From Lingula anatina (taxonomy: Eukaryota; Animalia; Brachiopoda): DNA of 64,000 nt. Under the pieces are notes generated by a model. It was given only the letters and a program-made list of their open reading frames with translations. It was not told the origin of the DNA and made no database searches. The position numbers were made by a program, and so were the translations under genes. The stretch covers positions 12,932,644 to 12,996,643 of the forward strand of contig CM120643.1 in the NCBI GenBank assembly GCA_051362555.1, given 5' to 3'. Positions 36,701 to 50,775 of the stretch are shown here, piece after piece; within the stretch, counting starts at the first letter, position 1, and each line of letters starts with the position of its first letter.

Positions 36701-39700
36701 GGTGATTTTGAGTGATTTTCGTTAGGTCCGGATATGGCAGTTTTCTTCAATTTTGGCCAGGTAGGGATGAAAAATTTTTTTCTTCAATATTGTGTCAGGT
36801 AGGTGTGTTTGGTCATTTGTAGTGAGGGTAAAGTACTGGAAGAGTGATTTTGTCATTATTAAGGAAGAAATAGAGCAAAAACTCTCTCCACCCCCCCCTC
36901 TCCAAATCCTATTCTCAGGTGTGCTTTCTGGCAATCTTTAAAGCTGAAATTGGGGGCTTTAATGAAGAGATCCGGGCGCGTTTCCACATTTTTTATGAAT
37001 GACAGGTGTGCTAAATTGATTTTCCTGACTATTTGGAAAAATTGGTGACGGGTCATTTTTGGGTGATTTTGAATGATTTTCGTAAGGTCCGGATATGGCA
37101 GTATTCTTCAATTTTGGCCAGGTAGGGGTGAAAAATTTTTTTCTTCAATATTGTGTCAGGTAGGTGTGTTTGGTCATTTGTAGTGAGGGTAAAGTACTGG
37201 AAGAGTGATTTTGTCATTATTAAGGAAGAAATAGAACAAAAACTCTCTCCACCCCCCCCCCCTCCAAATCCTGTTCTCAGGTGTGCTTTCTGGTAATCTT
37301 TAAAGCTGAAATTGGGGGCTTTAATCAAGTGATCTGGGCGCGTTTCCACATTTTTTTATGAAAGACAGGTGTGGTAAATTGATTTTCATGACTTTTTTGG
37401 AGAAATTTGTGACGTGTCATTTTTGGGTGATTTTCGTAAGGTCCGGATATGGCAGTATTCTTCAATTTTGGCCAGGTAGGGATGAAAAAATTTTTTCTTC
37501 AATATTGTGTCAGGTAGGTGTGTTTGGTCATTTGTAGTGTGGGTAAAGTACTGGAAGAGTGGTTGTGTCATTATTAAGGAAGAAATAGAGCAAAAACTCT
37601 CTCCACCCCCCCACTCTCCAAATCCTATTCTCAGGTGTGCTTTCTGGCAATCTTTAAAGCTGAAATTGGGGGCTTTAATGAAGAGATCCGGGCGCGTTTC
37701 CACATTTTTTATGAATGACAGGTGTGGTAAATTGATTTTCATTACTTCTTGGAGAAATTGGTGACGGGTTATTTTTGGGTGATTTTGAGTGATTTTTGTA
37801 AGGTCCGGATATGGCAGTTTTCTTCAATTTTGGCCAGGTAGGGATGAAAATTTTTTTTCTTCAATATTGTGTCAGGTAGGTGTGTTTGGTCATTTGTAGT
37901 GAGGGTAAAGTACTGGAAGAGTGGTTTTGTCATTATTAAGGAAGAAATAGAGCAAAAACTCTCTCCACCCCCCCCACCCCCTCTCTCCAAATCCTGTTCT
38001 CAGGTGTGCTTTCTGGCAAGCTTTAAAGCTGAAATTGGGGGCTTTAATGAAGTGATCCGGGCGCATTTCCACATTTTTCATGAATGACAGGTGTGGTAAA
38101 TTGATTTTCATTACTTTTTGGAGAAATTGGTGATGGGTTATTTTTGGGTGATTTTGAGTGATTTTCGTAAGGTCCGGATATGGCAGTTTTCTTCAATTTT
38201 GGCCAGGTAGGGATGAAAATTTTTTTTCTTCAATATTGTGTCAGGTAGGTGTGTTTGGTCATTTGTAGTGAGGGTAAAGTACTGGAAGAGTGATTTTGTC
38301 ATTATTAAGGAAGAAATAGAGCAAAAACTCTCTCCACCCCCCCATTCTCCAAATCCTATTCTCAGGTGTGCTTTCTGGCAATCTTTAAAGCTGAAATTGG
38401 GGGCTTTAATCAAGTGATCTGGGCGCGTTTCCACATTTTTTATGAATGACAGGTGTGGTAAATTGATTTTCCTGACTTTTTGGAGAAATTGGTGACGGGT
38501 CATTTTTGGGTGATTTTGAGTGATTTTCGTAACGTCCGGATATGGCAGTTTTCTTCAATATTGGCCAGGTAGGGATGAAAATTTTTTTTCTTCAATATTG
38601 TATCAGGTAGGTGTGTTTGGTCATTTGTAGTGAGGGTAAAGTACTGGAAGAGTGGTTGTGTCATTATTTAGGAAGAAATAGAGCAAAAACTCTCTCCACC
38701 CCCCTCTCCAAATCCTGTTCTCAGGTGTGCTTTCTGGCAATCTTTAAAGCTGAAATTGGGGGCTTTAATGAAATGATCCGGGGGCGTTTTTCACATTTTT
38801 ATGAATGATAGGTGTGATAAATTGATTTTCATGACTTTTTGGAAAAATTGGTGACGGGTCATTTTTGGGTGATTTTGAGTAATTTTCGTAAGGTCCGGAT
38901 ATGGCAGTTTTCTTCAATTTTGGCCAGGTAGGGATAAAAATTTTTTTTCTTCAATATTGTGTCAGGTAGGTGTGTTTGGTCATTTGTAGTGAGGGTAAAG
39001 TACTGGAAGAGTGATTTTGTCATTATTAAGGAAGAAATAGAACAAAAACTCTCTCCACCCCCCCCCTCTCCAAATCCTGTTCTCAGGTGTGCTTTCTGGT
39101 AATCTTTAAAGCTGAAATTGGGGGCTTTAATCAAGTGATCTGGGCGCGTTTCCACATTTTTTTATGAAAGACAGGTGTGGTAAATTGATTTTCATGACTT
39201 TTTTGGAGAAATTTGTGACGTGTCATTTTTGGGTGATTTTCGTAAGGTCCGGATATGGCAGTATTCTTCAATTTTGGCCAGGTAGGGATGAAAAAAATTT
39301 TTCTTCAATATTGTGTCAGGTAGGTGTGTTTGGTCATTTGTAGTGTGGGTAAAGTACTGGAAGAGTGGTTGTGTCATTATTAAGGAAGAAATAGAGCAAA
39401 AACTCTCTCCACCCCCCCACTCTCCAAATCCTATTCTCAGGTGTGCTTTCTGGCAATCTTTAAAGCTGAAATTGGGGGCTTTAATGAAGAGATCCAGGCG
39501 CGTTTCCACATTTTTTATGAATGACAGGTGTGGTAAATTGATTTTCATTACTTCTTGGAGAAATTGGTGACGGGTTATTTTTGGGTGATTTTGAGTGATT
39601 TTCGTAAGGTCCGGATATGGCAGTTTTCTTCAATTTTGGCCAGGTAGGGATGAAAAATTTTTTTCTTCAATATTGTGTCAGGTAGGTGTGTTTGGTCATT

Positions 39701-42700
39701 TGTAGTGAGGGTAAAGTACTGGAAGAGTGATTTTGTCATTATTAAGGAAGAAATAGAGCAAAAACTCTCTCCACCCCCCCCTCTCCAAATCCTATTCTCA
39801 GGTGTGCATTCTGGCAATCTTTAAAGCTGAAATTGAGGGCTTTAATGAAGTGATCCGGGCGCGTTTCCACATTTTTTATGAATGACAGGTGTGGTAAATT
39901 GATTTTCATGACTTTTTGGAGAAATTGGTGACGGGTCATTTTTGGGTGATTTTGAGTGATTTTCGTTAGGTCCGGATATGGCAGTTTTCTTCAATTTTGG
40001 CCAGGTAGGGATGAAAAATTTTTTTCTTCAATATTGTGTCAGGTAGGTGTGTTTGGTCATTTGTAGTGAAGCGGTGTACTGGAAGAGTGGTTTTGTCATT
40101 ATTAAGGAAGAAATAGAACAAAAACTCTCTCCACCCCACCCCCCTCTCCAAATCCTGTTCTCAGGTGTGCTTTCTGGTAATCTTAAAAGCTGAAATTGGG
40201 GGCTTTAATCAAGTGATCTGGGCGCGTTTCCACATTTTTTTATTAATGACAAGTGTGGTAAATTGATTTTCATGACTTTTTTGGAGAAATTGGTGACGGG
40301 TCAATTTTGGGTGATTTTCGTAAGGTCCGGATATGGCAGTATTCTTCAATTTTGGCCAGGTAGGGATGAAAAAATTTTTTCTTCAATATTGTGTCAGGTA
40401 GGCGTGTTTGGTCATTTGTAGTGAGGGTAAAGTACTGGAAGAGTGGTTTTGTCATTATTAAGGAAGAAATAGAGCAAAAACTCTCTCCACACCCCCACTC
40501 TCCAAATCCTATTCTCAGGTGTGCTTTCTGGCAATCTTTCACGCTGAAATTGGGGGCTTTAATGAAGTGATCCGGGCGCGTTTCCACATTTTTTATGAAT
40601 GACAGGTGTGGTAAATTGATTTTCATGACTTTTTGGAGAAATTGGTGACGGGTCATTTTTGGGTGATTTTGAGTGATTTTCGTTAGGTCCGGATATGGCA
40701 GTTTTCTTCAATTTTGGCCAGGTAGGGATGAAAAATTTTTTTCTTCAATATTGTGTCAGGTAGGTGTGTTTGGTCATTTGTAGTGAGGGTAAAGTACTGG
40801 AAGAGTGATTTTGTCATTATTAAGGAAGAAATAGAGCAAAAACTCTCTCCACCCCCCCCTCTCCAAATCCTATTCTCAGGTGTGCTTTCTGGCAATCTTT
40901 AAAGCTGAAATTGGGGGCTTTAATGAAGAGATCCGGGCGCGTTTCCACATTTTTTATGAATGACAGGTGTGCTAAATTGATTTTCCTGACTATTTGGAAA
41001 AATTGGTGACGGGTCATTTTTGGGTGATTTTGAATGATTTTCGTAAGGTCCGGATATGGCAGTATTCTTCAATTTTGGCCAGGTAGGGGTGAAAAATTTT
41101 TTTCTTCAATATTGTGTCAGGTAGGTGTGTTTGGTCATTTGTAGTGAGGGTAAAGTACTGGAAGAGTGATTTTGTCATTATTAAGGAAGAAATAGAACAA
41201 AAACTCTCTCCACCCCCCCCCCCCTCCAAATCCTGTTCTCAGGTGTGCTTTCTGGTAATCTTTAAAGCTGAAATTGGGGGCTTTAATCAAGTGATCTGGG
41301 CGCGTTTCCACATTTTTTTATGAAAGACAGGTGTGGTAAATTGATTTTCATGACTTTTTTGGAGAAATTTGTGACGTGTCATTTTTGGGTGATTTTCGTA
41401 AGGTCCGGATATGGCAGTATTCTTCAATTTTGGCCAGGTAGGGATGAAAAAAATTTTTCTTCAATATTGTGTCAGGTAGGTGTGTTTGGTCATTTGTAGT
41501 GTGGGTAAAGTACTGGAAGAGTGGTTGTGTCATTATTAAGGAAGAAATAGAGCAAAAACTCTCTCCACCCCCCCACTCTCCAAATCCTATTCTCAGGTGT
41601 GCTTTCTGGCAATCTTTAAAGCTGAAATTGGGGGCTTTAATGAAGAGATCCGGGCGCGTTTCCACATTTTTTATGAATGACAGGTGTGGTAAATTGATTT
41701 TCATTACTTCTTGGAGAAATTGGTGACGGGTTATTTTTGGGTGATTTTGAGTGATTTTTGTAAGGTCCGGATATGGCAGTTTTCTTCAATTTTGGCCAGG
41801 TAGGGATGAAAAATTTTTTTCTTCAATATTGTGTCAGGTAGGTGTGTTTGGTCATTTGTAGTGAGGGTAAAGTACTGGAAGAGTGGTTTTGTCATTATTA
41901 AGGAAGAAATAGAGCAAAAACTCTCTCCACCCCCCCACCCCCTCTCTCCAAATCCTGTTCTCAGGTGTGCTTTCTGGCAAGCTTTAAAGCTGAAATTGGG
42001 GGCTTTAATGAAGTGATCCGGGCGCATTTCCACATTTTTCATGAATGACATGTGTGGTAAATTGATTTTCATTACTTTTTGGAGAAATTGGTGATGGGTT
42101 ATTTTTGGGTGATTTTGAGTGATTTTCGTAAGGTCCGGATATGGCAGTTTTCTTCAATTTTGGCCAGGTAGGGATGAAAATTTTTTTTCTTCAATATTGT
42201 GTCAGGTAGGTGTGTTTGGTCATTTGTAGTGAGGGTAAAGTACTGGAAGAGTGATTTTGTCATTATTAAGGAAGAAATAGAACAAAAACTCTCTCCACCC
42301 CCCCCCCCTCTCCAAATCCTGTTCTCAGGTGTGCTTTCTGGTAATCTTTAAATCTGAAATTGGGGGCTTTAATCAAGTGATCTGGGCGCGTTTCCACATT
42401 TTTTTATGAATGACAGGTGTGATAAATTGATTTTCATGAATTTTTGGAAAAATTGGTGACGGGTCATTTTTGGGTGATTTTAAGTGATTTTCGTAAGGTC
42501 CGGATATGGCAGTTTTCTTCAATTTTGGCCAGGTAGGGATGAAAAATTTTTTTCTTCAATATTGTGTCAGGTAGGTGTGTTTGGTCATTTGTAGTGAGGG
42601 TAAAGTACTGGAAGAGTGGTTGTGTCATTATTAAGGAAGAAATAGAGCAAAAACTCTCTCCACCCCCCCCTCTCCAAATCCTGTTCTCAGGTGTGCTTTC

Positions 42701-45700
42701 TGGTAATCCTAAAAGCTGAAATTGGGGGCTTTAATCAAGTGATCTGGGCGCGTTTCCACATTTTTTTATTAATGACAAGTGTGGTAAATTGATTTTCATG
42801 ACTTTTTTGGAGAAATTGGTGACGGGTCATTTTTGGGTGATTTTCGTAAGGTCCGGATATGGCAGTTTTCTTCAATTTTGGCCAGGTAGGGATGAAAAAA
42901 TTTTTTCTTCAATATTGTGTCAGGTAGGTGTGTTTGGTCATTTGTAGTGAGGGTAAAGTACTGGAAGAGTGGTTTTGTCATTATTAAGGAAGAAATAGAG
43001 CAAAAACTCTCTCCACCCCCCCACTCTCCAAATCCTATTCTCAGGTGTGCTTTCTGGCAATCTTTCAAGCTGAAATTGGGGGCTTTAATGCAGAGATCCT
43101 GGCGCGTTTCCACATTTTTTATGAATGACAGGTGTGGTAAATTGATTTTCATTACTTTTTGGAGAAATTGGTGACGGGTAATTTTTGAGTGATTTTGAGT
43201 GATTTTCGTAAGGTCCGGATATGGCAGTTTTCTTCAATTTTGGCCAGGTAGTGATGAAAAATTTTTTTCTTCAATATTGTGTCAGGTAGGTGTGTTTGGT
43301 CATTTGTAGTGAGGGTAAAGTACTGGAAGAGTGATTTTGTCATTATTAAGGAAGAAATAGAGCAAAAACTCTCTCCACCCCCCCCTCTCCAAATCCTATT
43401 CTCAGGTGTGCATTCTGGCAATCTTTAAAGCTGGAATTGAGGGCTTTAATGAAGTGATCCGGGCGCGTTTCCACATTTTTTATGAATGACAGGTGTGGTA
43501 AATTGATTTTCATGACTTTTTGGAGAAATTGGTGACGGGTCATTTTTGGGTGATTTTGAGTGATTTTCGTTAGGTCCGGATATGGCAGTTTTCTTCAATT
43601 TTGGCCAGGTAGGGATGAAAAATTTTTTTCTTCAATATTGTGTCAGGTAGGTGTGTTTGGTCATTTGTAGTGAAGGGGTGTACTGGAAGAGTGGTTTTGT
43701 CATTATTAAGGAAGAAATAGAACAAAAACTCTCTCCACCCCCCCCCCTCTCCAAATCCTGTTCTCAGGTGTGCTTTCTGGTAATCTTAAAAGCTGAAATT
43801 GGGGGCTTTAATCAAGTGATCTGGGCGCGTTTCCACATTTTTTTATTAATGACAAGTGTGGTAAATTGATTTTCATGACTTTTTTGGAGAAATTGGTGAC
43901 GGGTCAATTTTGGGTGATTTTCGTAAGGTCCGGATATGGCAGTATTCTTCAATTTTGGCCAGGTAGGGATGAAAAAATTTTTTCTTCAATATTGTGTCAG
44001 GTAGGTGTGTTTGGTCATTTGTAGTGAGGGTAAAGTACTGGAAGAGTGGTTTTGTCATTATTAAGGAAGAAATAGAGCAAAAACTCTCTCCACCCCCCCA
44101 CTCTCCAAATCCTATTCTCAGGTGTGCTTTCTGGCAATCTTTCAAGCTGAAATTGGGGGCTTTAATGAAGTGATCCGGGCGCGTTTCCACATTTTTTATG
44201 AATGACAGGTGTGGTAAATTGATTTTCATGACTTTTTGGAGAAATTGGTGACGGGTCATTTTTGGGTGATTTTGAGTGATTTTCGTAAGGTCCGGATATG
44301 GCAGTTTTCTTCAATTTTGGCCAGGTAGGGATGAAAAATTTTTTTCTTCAATATTGTGTCAGGTAGGTGTGTTTGGTCATTTGTAGTGAGGGTAAAGTAC
44401 TGGAAGAGTGATTTTGTCATTATTAAGGAAGAAATAGAGCAAAAACTCTCTCCACCCCCCCCTCTCCAAATCCTATTCTCAGGTGTGCATTCTGGCAATC
44501 TTTAAAGCTGAAATTGAGGGCTTTAATGAAGTGAACCGGGCGCGTTTCCACATTTTTTATGAATGACAGGTGTGGTAAATTGATTTTCATGACTTTTTGG
44601 AGAAATTGGTGACGGGTCATTTTTGGGTGATTTTGAGTGATTTTCGTTAGGTCCGGATATGGCAGTTTTCTTCAATTTTGGCCAGGTAGGGATGAAAAAT
44701 TTTTTTCTTCAATATTGTGTCAGGTAGGTGTGTTTGGTCATTTGTAGTGAAGCGGTGTACTGGAAGAGTGGTTTTGTCATTATTAAGGAAGAAATAGAAC
44801 AAAAACTCTCTCCACCCCCCCCCCCTCTCCAAATCCTGTTCTCAGGTGTGCTTTCTGGTAATCTTAAAAGCTGAAATTGGGGGCTTTAATCAAGTGATCT
44901 GGGCGCGTTTCCACATTTTTTTATTAATGACAAGTGTGGTAAATTGATTTTCATGACTTTTTTGGAGAAATTGGTGACGGGTCAATTTTGGGTGATTTTC
45001 GTAAGGTCCGGATATGGCAGTATTCTTCAATTTTGGCCAGGTAGGGATGAAAAAATTTTTTCTTCAATATTGTGTCAGGTAGGTGTGTTTGGTCATTTGT
45101 AGTGAGGGTAAAGTACTGGAAGAGTGGTTTTGTCATTATTAAGGAAGAAATAGAGCAAAAACTCTCTCCACCCCCCCACTCTCCAAATCCTATTCTCAGG
45201 TGTGCTTTCTGGCAATCTTTCACGCTGAAATTGGGGGCTTTAATGAAGTGATCCGGGCGCGTTTCCACATTTTTTATGAATGACAGGTGTGGTAAATTGA
45301 TTTTCATGACTTTTTGGAGAAATTGGTGACGGGTCATTTTTGGGTGATTTTGAGTGATTTTCGTTAGGTCCGGATATGGCAGTTTTCTTCAATTTTGGCC
45401 AGGTAGGGATGAAAAATTTTTTTCTTCAATATTGTGTCAGGTAGGTGTGTTTGGTCATTTGTAGTGAGGGTAAAGTACTGGAAGAGTGATTTTGTCATTA
45501 TTAAGGAAGAAATAGAGCAAAAACTCTCTCCACCCCCCCCTCTCCAAATCCTATTCTCAGGTGTGCTTTCTGGCAATCTTTAAAGCTGAAATTGGGGGCT
45601 TTAATGAAGAGATCCGGGCGCGTTTCCACATTTTTTATGAATGACAGGTGTGCTAAATTGATTTTCCTGACTATTTGGAAAAATTGGTGACGGGTCATTT

Positions 45701-48400
45701 TTGGGTGATTTTGAATGATTTTCGTAAGGTCCGGATATGGCAGTATTCTTCAATTTTGGCCAGGTAGGGGTGAAAAATTTTTTTCTTCAATATTGTGTCA
45801 GGTAGGTGTGTTTGGTCATTTGTAGTGAGGGTAAAGTACTGGAAGAGTGATTTTGTCATTATTAAGGAAGAAATAGAACAAAAACTCTCTCCACCCCCCC
45901 CCTCCAAATCCTGTTCTCAGGTGTGCTTTCTGGTAATCTTTAAAGCTGAAATTGGGGGCTTTAATCAAGTGATCTGGGCGCGTTTCCACATTTTTTTATG
46001 AAAGACAGGTGTGGTAAATTGATTTTCATGACTTTTTTGGAGAAATTTGTGACGTGTCATTTTTGGGTGATTTTCGTAAGGTCCGGATATGGCAGTATTC
46101 TTCAATTTTGGCCAGGTAGGGATGAAAAAAATTTTTCTTCAATATTGTGTCAGGTAGGTGTGTTTGGTCATTTGTAGTGTGGGTAAAGTACTGGAAGAGT
46201 GGTTGTGTCATTATTAAGGAAGAAATAGAGCAAAAACTCTCTCCACCCCCCCACTCTCCAAATCCTATTCTCAGGTGTGCTTTCTGGCAATCTTTAAAGC
46301 TGAAATTGGGGGCTTTAATGAAGAGATCCGGGCGCGTTTCCACATTTTTTATGAATGACAGGTGTGGTAAATTGATTTTCATTACTTCTTGGAGAAATTG
46401 GTGACGGGTTATTTTTGGGTGATTTTGAGTGATTTTTGTAAGGTCCGGATATGGCAGTTTTCTTCAATTTTGGCCAGGTAGGGATGAAAAATTTTTTTCT
46501 TCAATATTGTGTCAGGTAGGTGTGTTTGGTCATTTGTAGTGAGGGTAAAGTACTGGAAGAGTGGTTTTGTCATTATTAAGGAAGAAATAGAGCAAAAACT
46601 CTCTCCACCCCCCCACCCCCTCTCTCCAAATCCTGTTCTCAGGTGTGCTTTCTGGCAAGCTTTAAAGCTGAAATTGGGGGCTTTAATGAAGTGATCCGGG
46701 CGCATTTCCACATTTTTCATGAATGACAGGTGTGGTAAATTGATTTTCATTACTTTTTGGAGAAATTTGTGATGGGTTATTTTTGGGTGATTTTGAGTGA
46801 TTTTCGTAAGGTCCGGATATGGCAGTTTTCTTCAATTTTGGCCAGGTAGGGATGAAAAATTTTTTTCTTCAATATTGTGTCAGGTAGGTGTGTTTGGTCA
46901 TTTGTAGTGAGGGTAAAGTACTGGAAGAGTGGTTGTGTCATTATTAAGGAAGAAATAGAGCAAAAACTCTCTCCACCCCCCCCTCTCCAAATCCTGTTCT
47001 CAGGTGTGCTTTCTGGTAATCCTAAAAGCTGAAATTGGGGGCTTTAATCAAGTGATCTGGGCGCGTTTCCACATTTTTTTATTAATGACAAGTGTGGTAA
47101 ATTGATTTTCATGACTTTTTTGGAGAAATTGGTGACGGGTCATTTTTGGGTGATTTTCGTAAGGTCCGGATATGGCAGTTTTCTTCAATTTTGGCCAGGT
47201 AGGGATGAAAAAATTTTTTCTTCAATATTGTGTCAGGTAGGTGTGTTTGGTCATTTGTAGTGAGGGTAAAGTACTGGAAGAGTGGTTTTGTCATTATTAA
47301 GGAAGAAATAGAGCAAAAACTCTCTCCACCCCCCCACTCTCCAAATCCTATTCTCAGGTGTGCTTTCTGGCAATCTTTCAAGCTGAAATTGGGGGCTTTA
47401 ATGCAGAGATCCTGGCGCGTTTCCACATTTTTTATGAATGACAGGTGTGGTAAATTGATTTTCATTACTTTTTGGAGAAATTGGTGACGGGTAATTTTTG
47501 AGTGATTTTGAGTGATTTTCGTAAGGTCCGGATATGGCAGTTTTCTTCAATTTTGGCCAGGTAGTGATGAAAAATTTTTTTCTTCAATATTGTGTCAGGT
47601 AGGTGTGTTTGGTCATTTGTAGTGAGGGTAAAGTACTGGAAGAGTGATTTTGTCATTATTAAGGAAGAAATAGAGCAAAAACTCTCTCCACCCCCCCCTC
47701 TCCAAATCCTATTCTCAGGTGTGCATTCTGGCAATCTTTAAAGCTGAAATTGAGGGCTTTAATGAAGTGATCCGGGCGCGTTTCCACATTTTTTATGAAT
47801 GACAGGTGTGGTAAATTGATTTTCATGACTTTTTGGAGAAATTGGTGACGGGTCATTTTTGGGTGATTTTGAGTGATTTTCGTTAGGTCCGGATATGGCA
47901 GTTTTCTTCAATTTTGGCCAGGTAGGGATGAAAAATTTTTTTCTTCAATATTGTGTCAGGTAGGTGTGTTTGGTCATTTGTAGTGAAGGGGTGTACTGGA
48001 AGAGTGGTTTTGTCATTATTAAGGAAGAAATAGAACAAAAACTCTCTCCACCCCCCCCCCCCCTCTCCAAATCCTGTTCTCAGGTGTGCTTTCTGGTAAT
48101 CTTAAAAGCTGAAATTGGGGGCTTTAATCAAGTGATCTGGGCGCGTTTCCACATTTTTTTATTAATGACAAGTGTGGTAAATTGATTTTCATGACTTTTT
48201 TGGAGAAATTGGTGACGGGTCAATTTTGGGTGATTTTCGTAAGGTCCGGATATGGCAGTATTCTTCAATTTTGGCCAGGTAGGGATGAAAAAATTTTTTC
48301 TTCAATATTGTGTCAGGTAGGTGTGTTTGGTCATTTGTAGTGAGGGTAAAGTACTGGAAGAGTGGTTTTGTCATTATTAAGGAAGAAATAGAGCAAAAAC
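33800..48400. repeat. Satellite subfamily domain II (10-bp-deleted monomers, ~3-monomer periodicity)
   Basis: Alleles enriched here: GGGTGATTTTCGT (10-bp deletion), AGAGTGATTTTGTC, TAGAACAAAA, TTAATCAAGTG, CTGGTAATC, GTGAAG(C/G)GGTGTACT, and GGAGAAATT as the majority state. Confidence 0.88.
39575..48400. repeat. Tandem 13-mer (4681 bp) followed by a 12-mer copy
   Basis: ORF offsets 4681 (39575/44256, 40270/44951) and 4678 (41731/46409), then 4313 (42796/47109) after loss of one monomer equivalent (~42099-42462). Confidence 0.9.
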
Positions 48401-50775
48401 TCTCTCCCCCCCCCCCCCCCCCCCTCTGTCCAAATCCTGTTCTCAGGTGTGCTTTCTGGCAATCTTTAAAGCTGAAATTGGGGGCTTTAATGAAGTGATC
48501 CGGGCGCGTTTCCACATTTTTTATGAATGACAGGTGTGATAAATTGATTTTCATGACTTTTTGGAAAAATTGGTGACGGGTCATTTTTGGGTGATTTTGA
48601 GTGATTTTCGTTAGGTCCGGATATTGTAGTTTTCTTCAATTTTGGCCAGGTAGGGATGAAAAATTTTTTTCTTCAATATTGTGTCAGGTAGGTGTGTTTG
48701 GTCATTTGTAGTGAGGGTAAAGTACTGGAAGAGTGGTTGTGTCATTATTAAGGAAGAAATAGAGCAAAAACTCTCTTCACCCCCCCCCCCCCCTCTCTCT
48801 CCAAATCCTGTTCTCAGGTGTGCTTTCTGGCAATCTTTAAAGCTGAAATTGGGGGCTTTAATGAAGTGATCCGGGTGCGTTTCCACATTTTTTATGAATG
48901 ACAGGTGTGATAAATTGATTTTCATGACTTTTTGGAAAAATTAGTGACGGGTCATTTTTGGGTGATTTTGAGTGATTTTCGTAAGGTCCGGATATGGCAG
49001 TTTTCTTCAATTTTGACCAGGTAGGGATGAAAAATCTTTTTCTTCAATATTGTGTCAGGTAGGTGTGTTTGGTCATTTGTAGTGAGGGTAAAGTACTGGA
49101 AGAGTGGTTTTGTCATTATTAAGGAAGAAATAGAGCAAAAACTCTCTCCCCCCCCCCTCTCTCCAAATCCTGTTCTCAGGTGTGCTTTCTGGCAATGTTT
49201 AAAGCTGAAATTGGGGGCTTTAATGAAGTGATCCGGGCGCGTTTCCACATTTTTTATGAATGACAGGTGTGGTAAATTGATTTTCATGACTTTTTGGAGA
49301 AATTGGTGACGGGTCATTTTTGGGTGATTTTGAGTGATTTTCGTAAGGTCCGGATATGGCAGTTTTCTTCAATTTTGGCCAGGTAGGGATGAAAAATTTT
49401 TTTCTTCAATATTGTGTCAGGTAGGTGTGTTTGGTCATTTGTAGTGAGGGTAAAGTACTGGAAGAGTGGTTTTGTCATTATTTAGGAAGAAATAGAGCAA
49501 AAACTCTCTCCACCCCACCCCCCTCTCTCCAAATCCTGTTCTCAGGTGTGCTTTCTGGCAATGTTTAAAGCTGAAATTGGGGGCTTTAATGAAGTGATCC
49601 GGGCGCGTTTCCATATTTTTTATGAAAGACAGGTGTGGTAAATTGATTTTCATGACTTTTTGGAGAAATTGGTGACGGGTCATTTTTGGGTGATTTTGAG
49701 TGATTTTCGTAAGGTCGGGATATGGCAGTTTTCTTCAATTTTGGCCAGGTAGGGATGAAAAATTTTTTTCTTCAATATTGTGTCAGGTAGGTGTGTTTGG
49801 TCATTTGTAGTGAGGGTAAAGTACTGGAAGAGTGGTTTTGTCATTATTAAGGAAGAAATAGAGCAAAAACTCTCTCCACCCCCCCCCCCTCTCCAAATCC
49901 TGTTCTCAGGTGTGCTTTCTGGCAATGTTTAAAGCTGAAATTGGGGGCCTTAATGAAGTGATCCGGGCGCGTTTCCACATTTTTTATGAATGACAGGTGT
50001 GATAAATTGATTTTCATGACTTTTTGGAAAAATTGGTTACGGGTCATTTTTGGGTGATTTTGAGTGATTTTCGTAAGGTCCAGATATGGCAGTTTTCTTC
50101 AATTTTGGCCAGGTAGGGATGAAAATTTTTTTTCTTCAATATTGTGTCAGGTAGGTGTGTTTGGTCATTTGTAGTGAGGGTAAAGTACTGGAAGAGTGGT
50201 TGTGTCATTATTAAGGAAGAAATAGAGCAAAAACTCTCTCCACCCCCCCCCCTCTCCAAATCCTGTTCTGAGGTGTGCTTTCTGGCAATGTTTAAAGCTG
50301 AAATTGGGGGCTTTAATGAAGTGATCCGGGCGCGTTTCCACATTTTTTATGAATGACGGGTTTGATAAATTGATTTTCATGACTTTTTGGAAAAATTGGT
50401 GACGGGTCATTTTTGGGTGATTTTGAGTGATTTTCGTAAGGTCCGGATATGGCAGTTTTCTTCAATTTTGGCCAGGTAGGGATGAAAAATTTTTTTCTTC
50501 AATATTGTGTCAGGTAGGTGTGTTTGGTCATTTGTAGTGAGGGTAAAGTACTGGAAGAGTGGTTTTGTCATTATTAAGGAAGAAATAGAGCAAAAACTCT
50601 CTCCACCCCCCCCCCCCCCCCTCTCCAAATCCTGTTCTCAGGTGTGCTTTCTGGCAATGTTTAAAGCTGAAATTGGGGGCCTTAAAGAAGTGATCCGGGC
50701 GCGTTTCCACATTTTTTATGAATGACAGGTGTGATAAATTGATTTTCATGACTTTTTGGAAAAATTGGTGACGGG

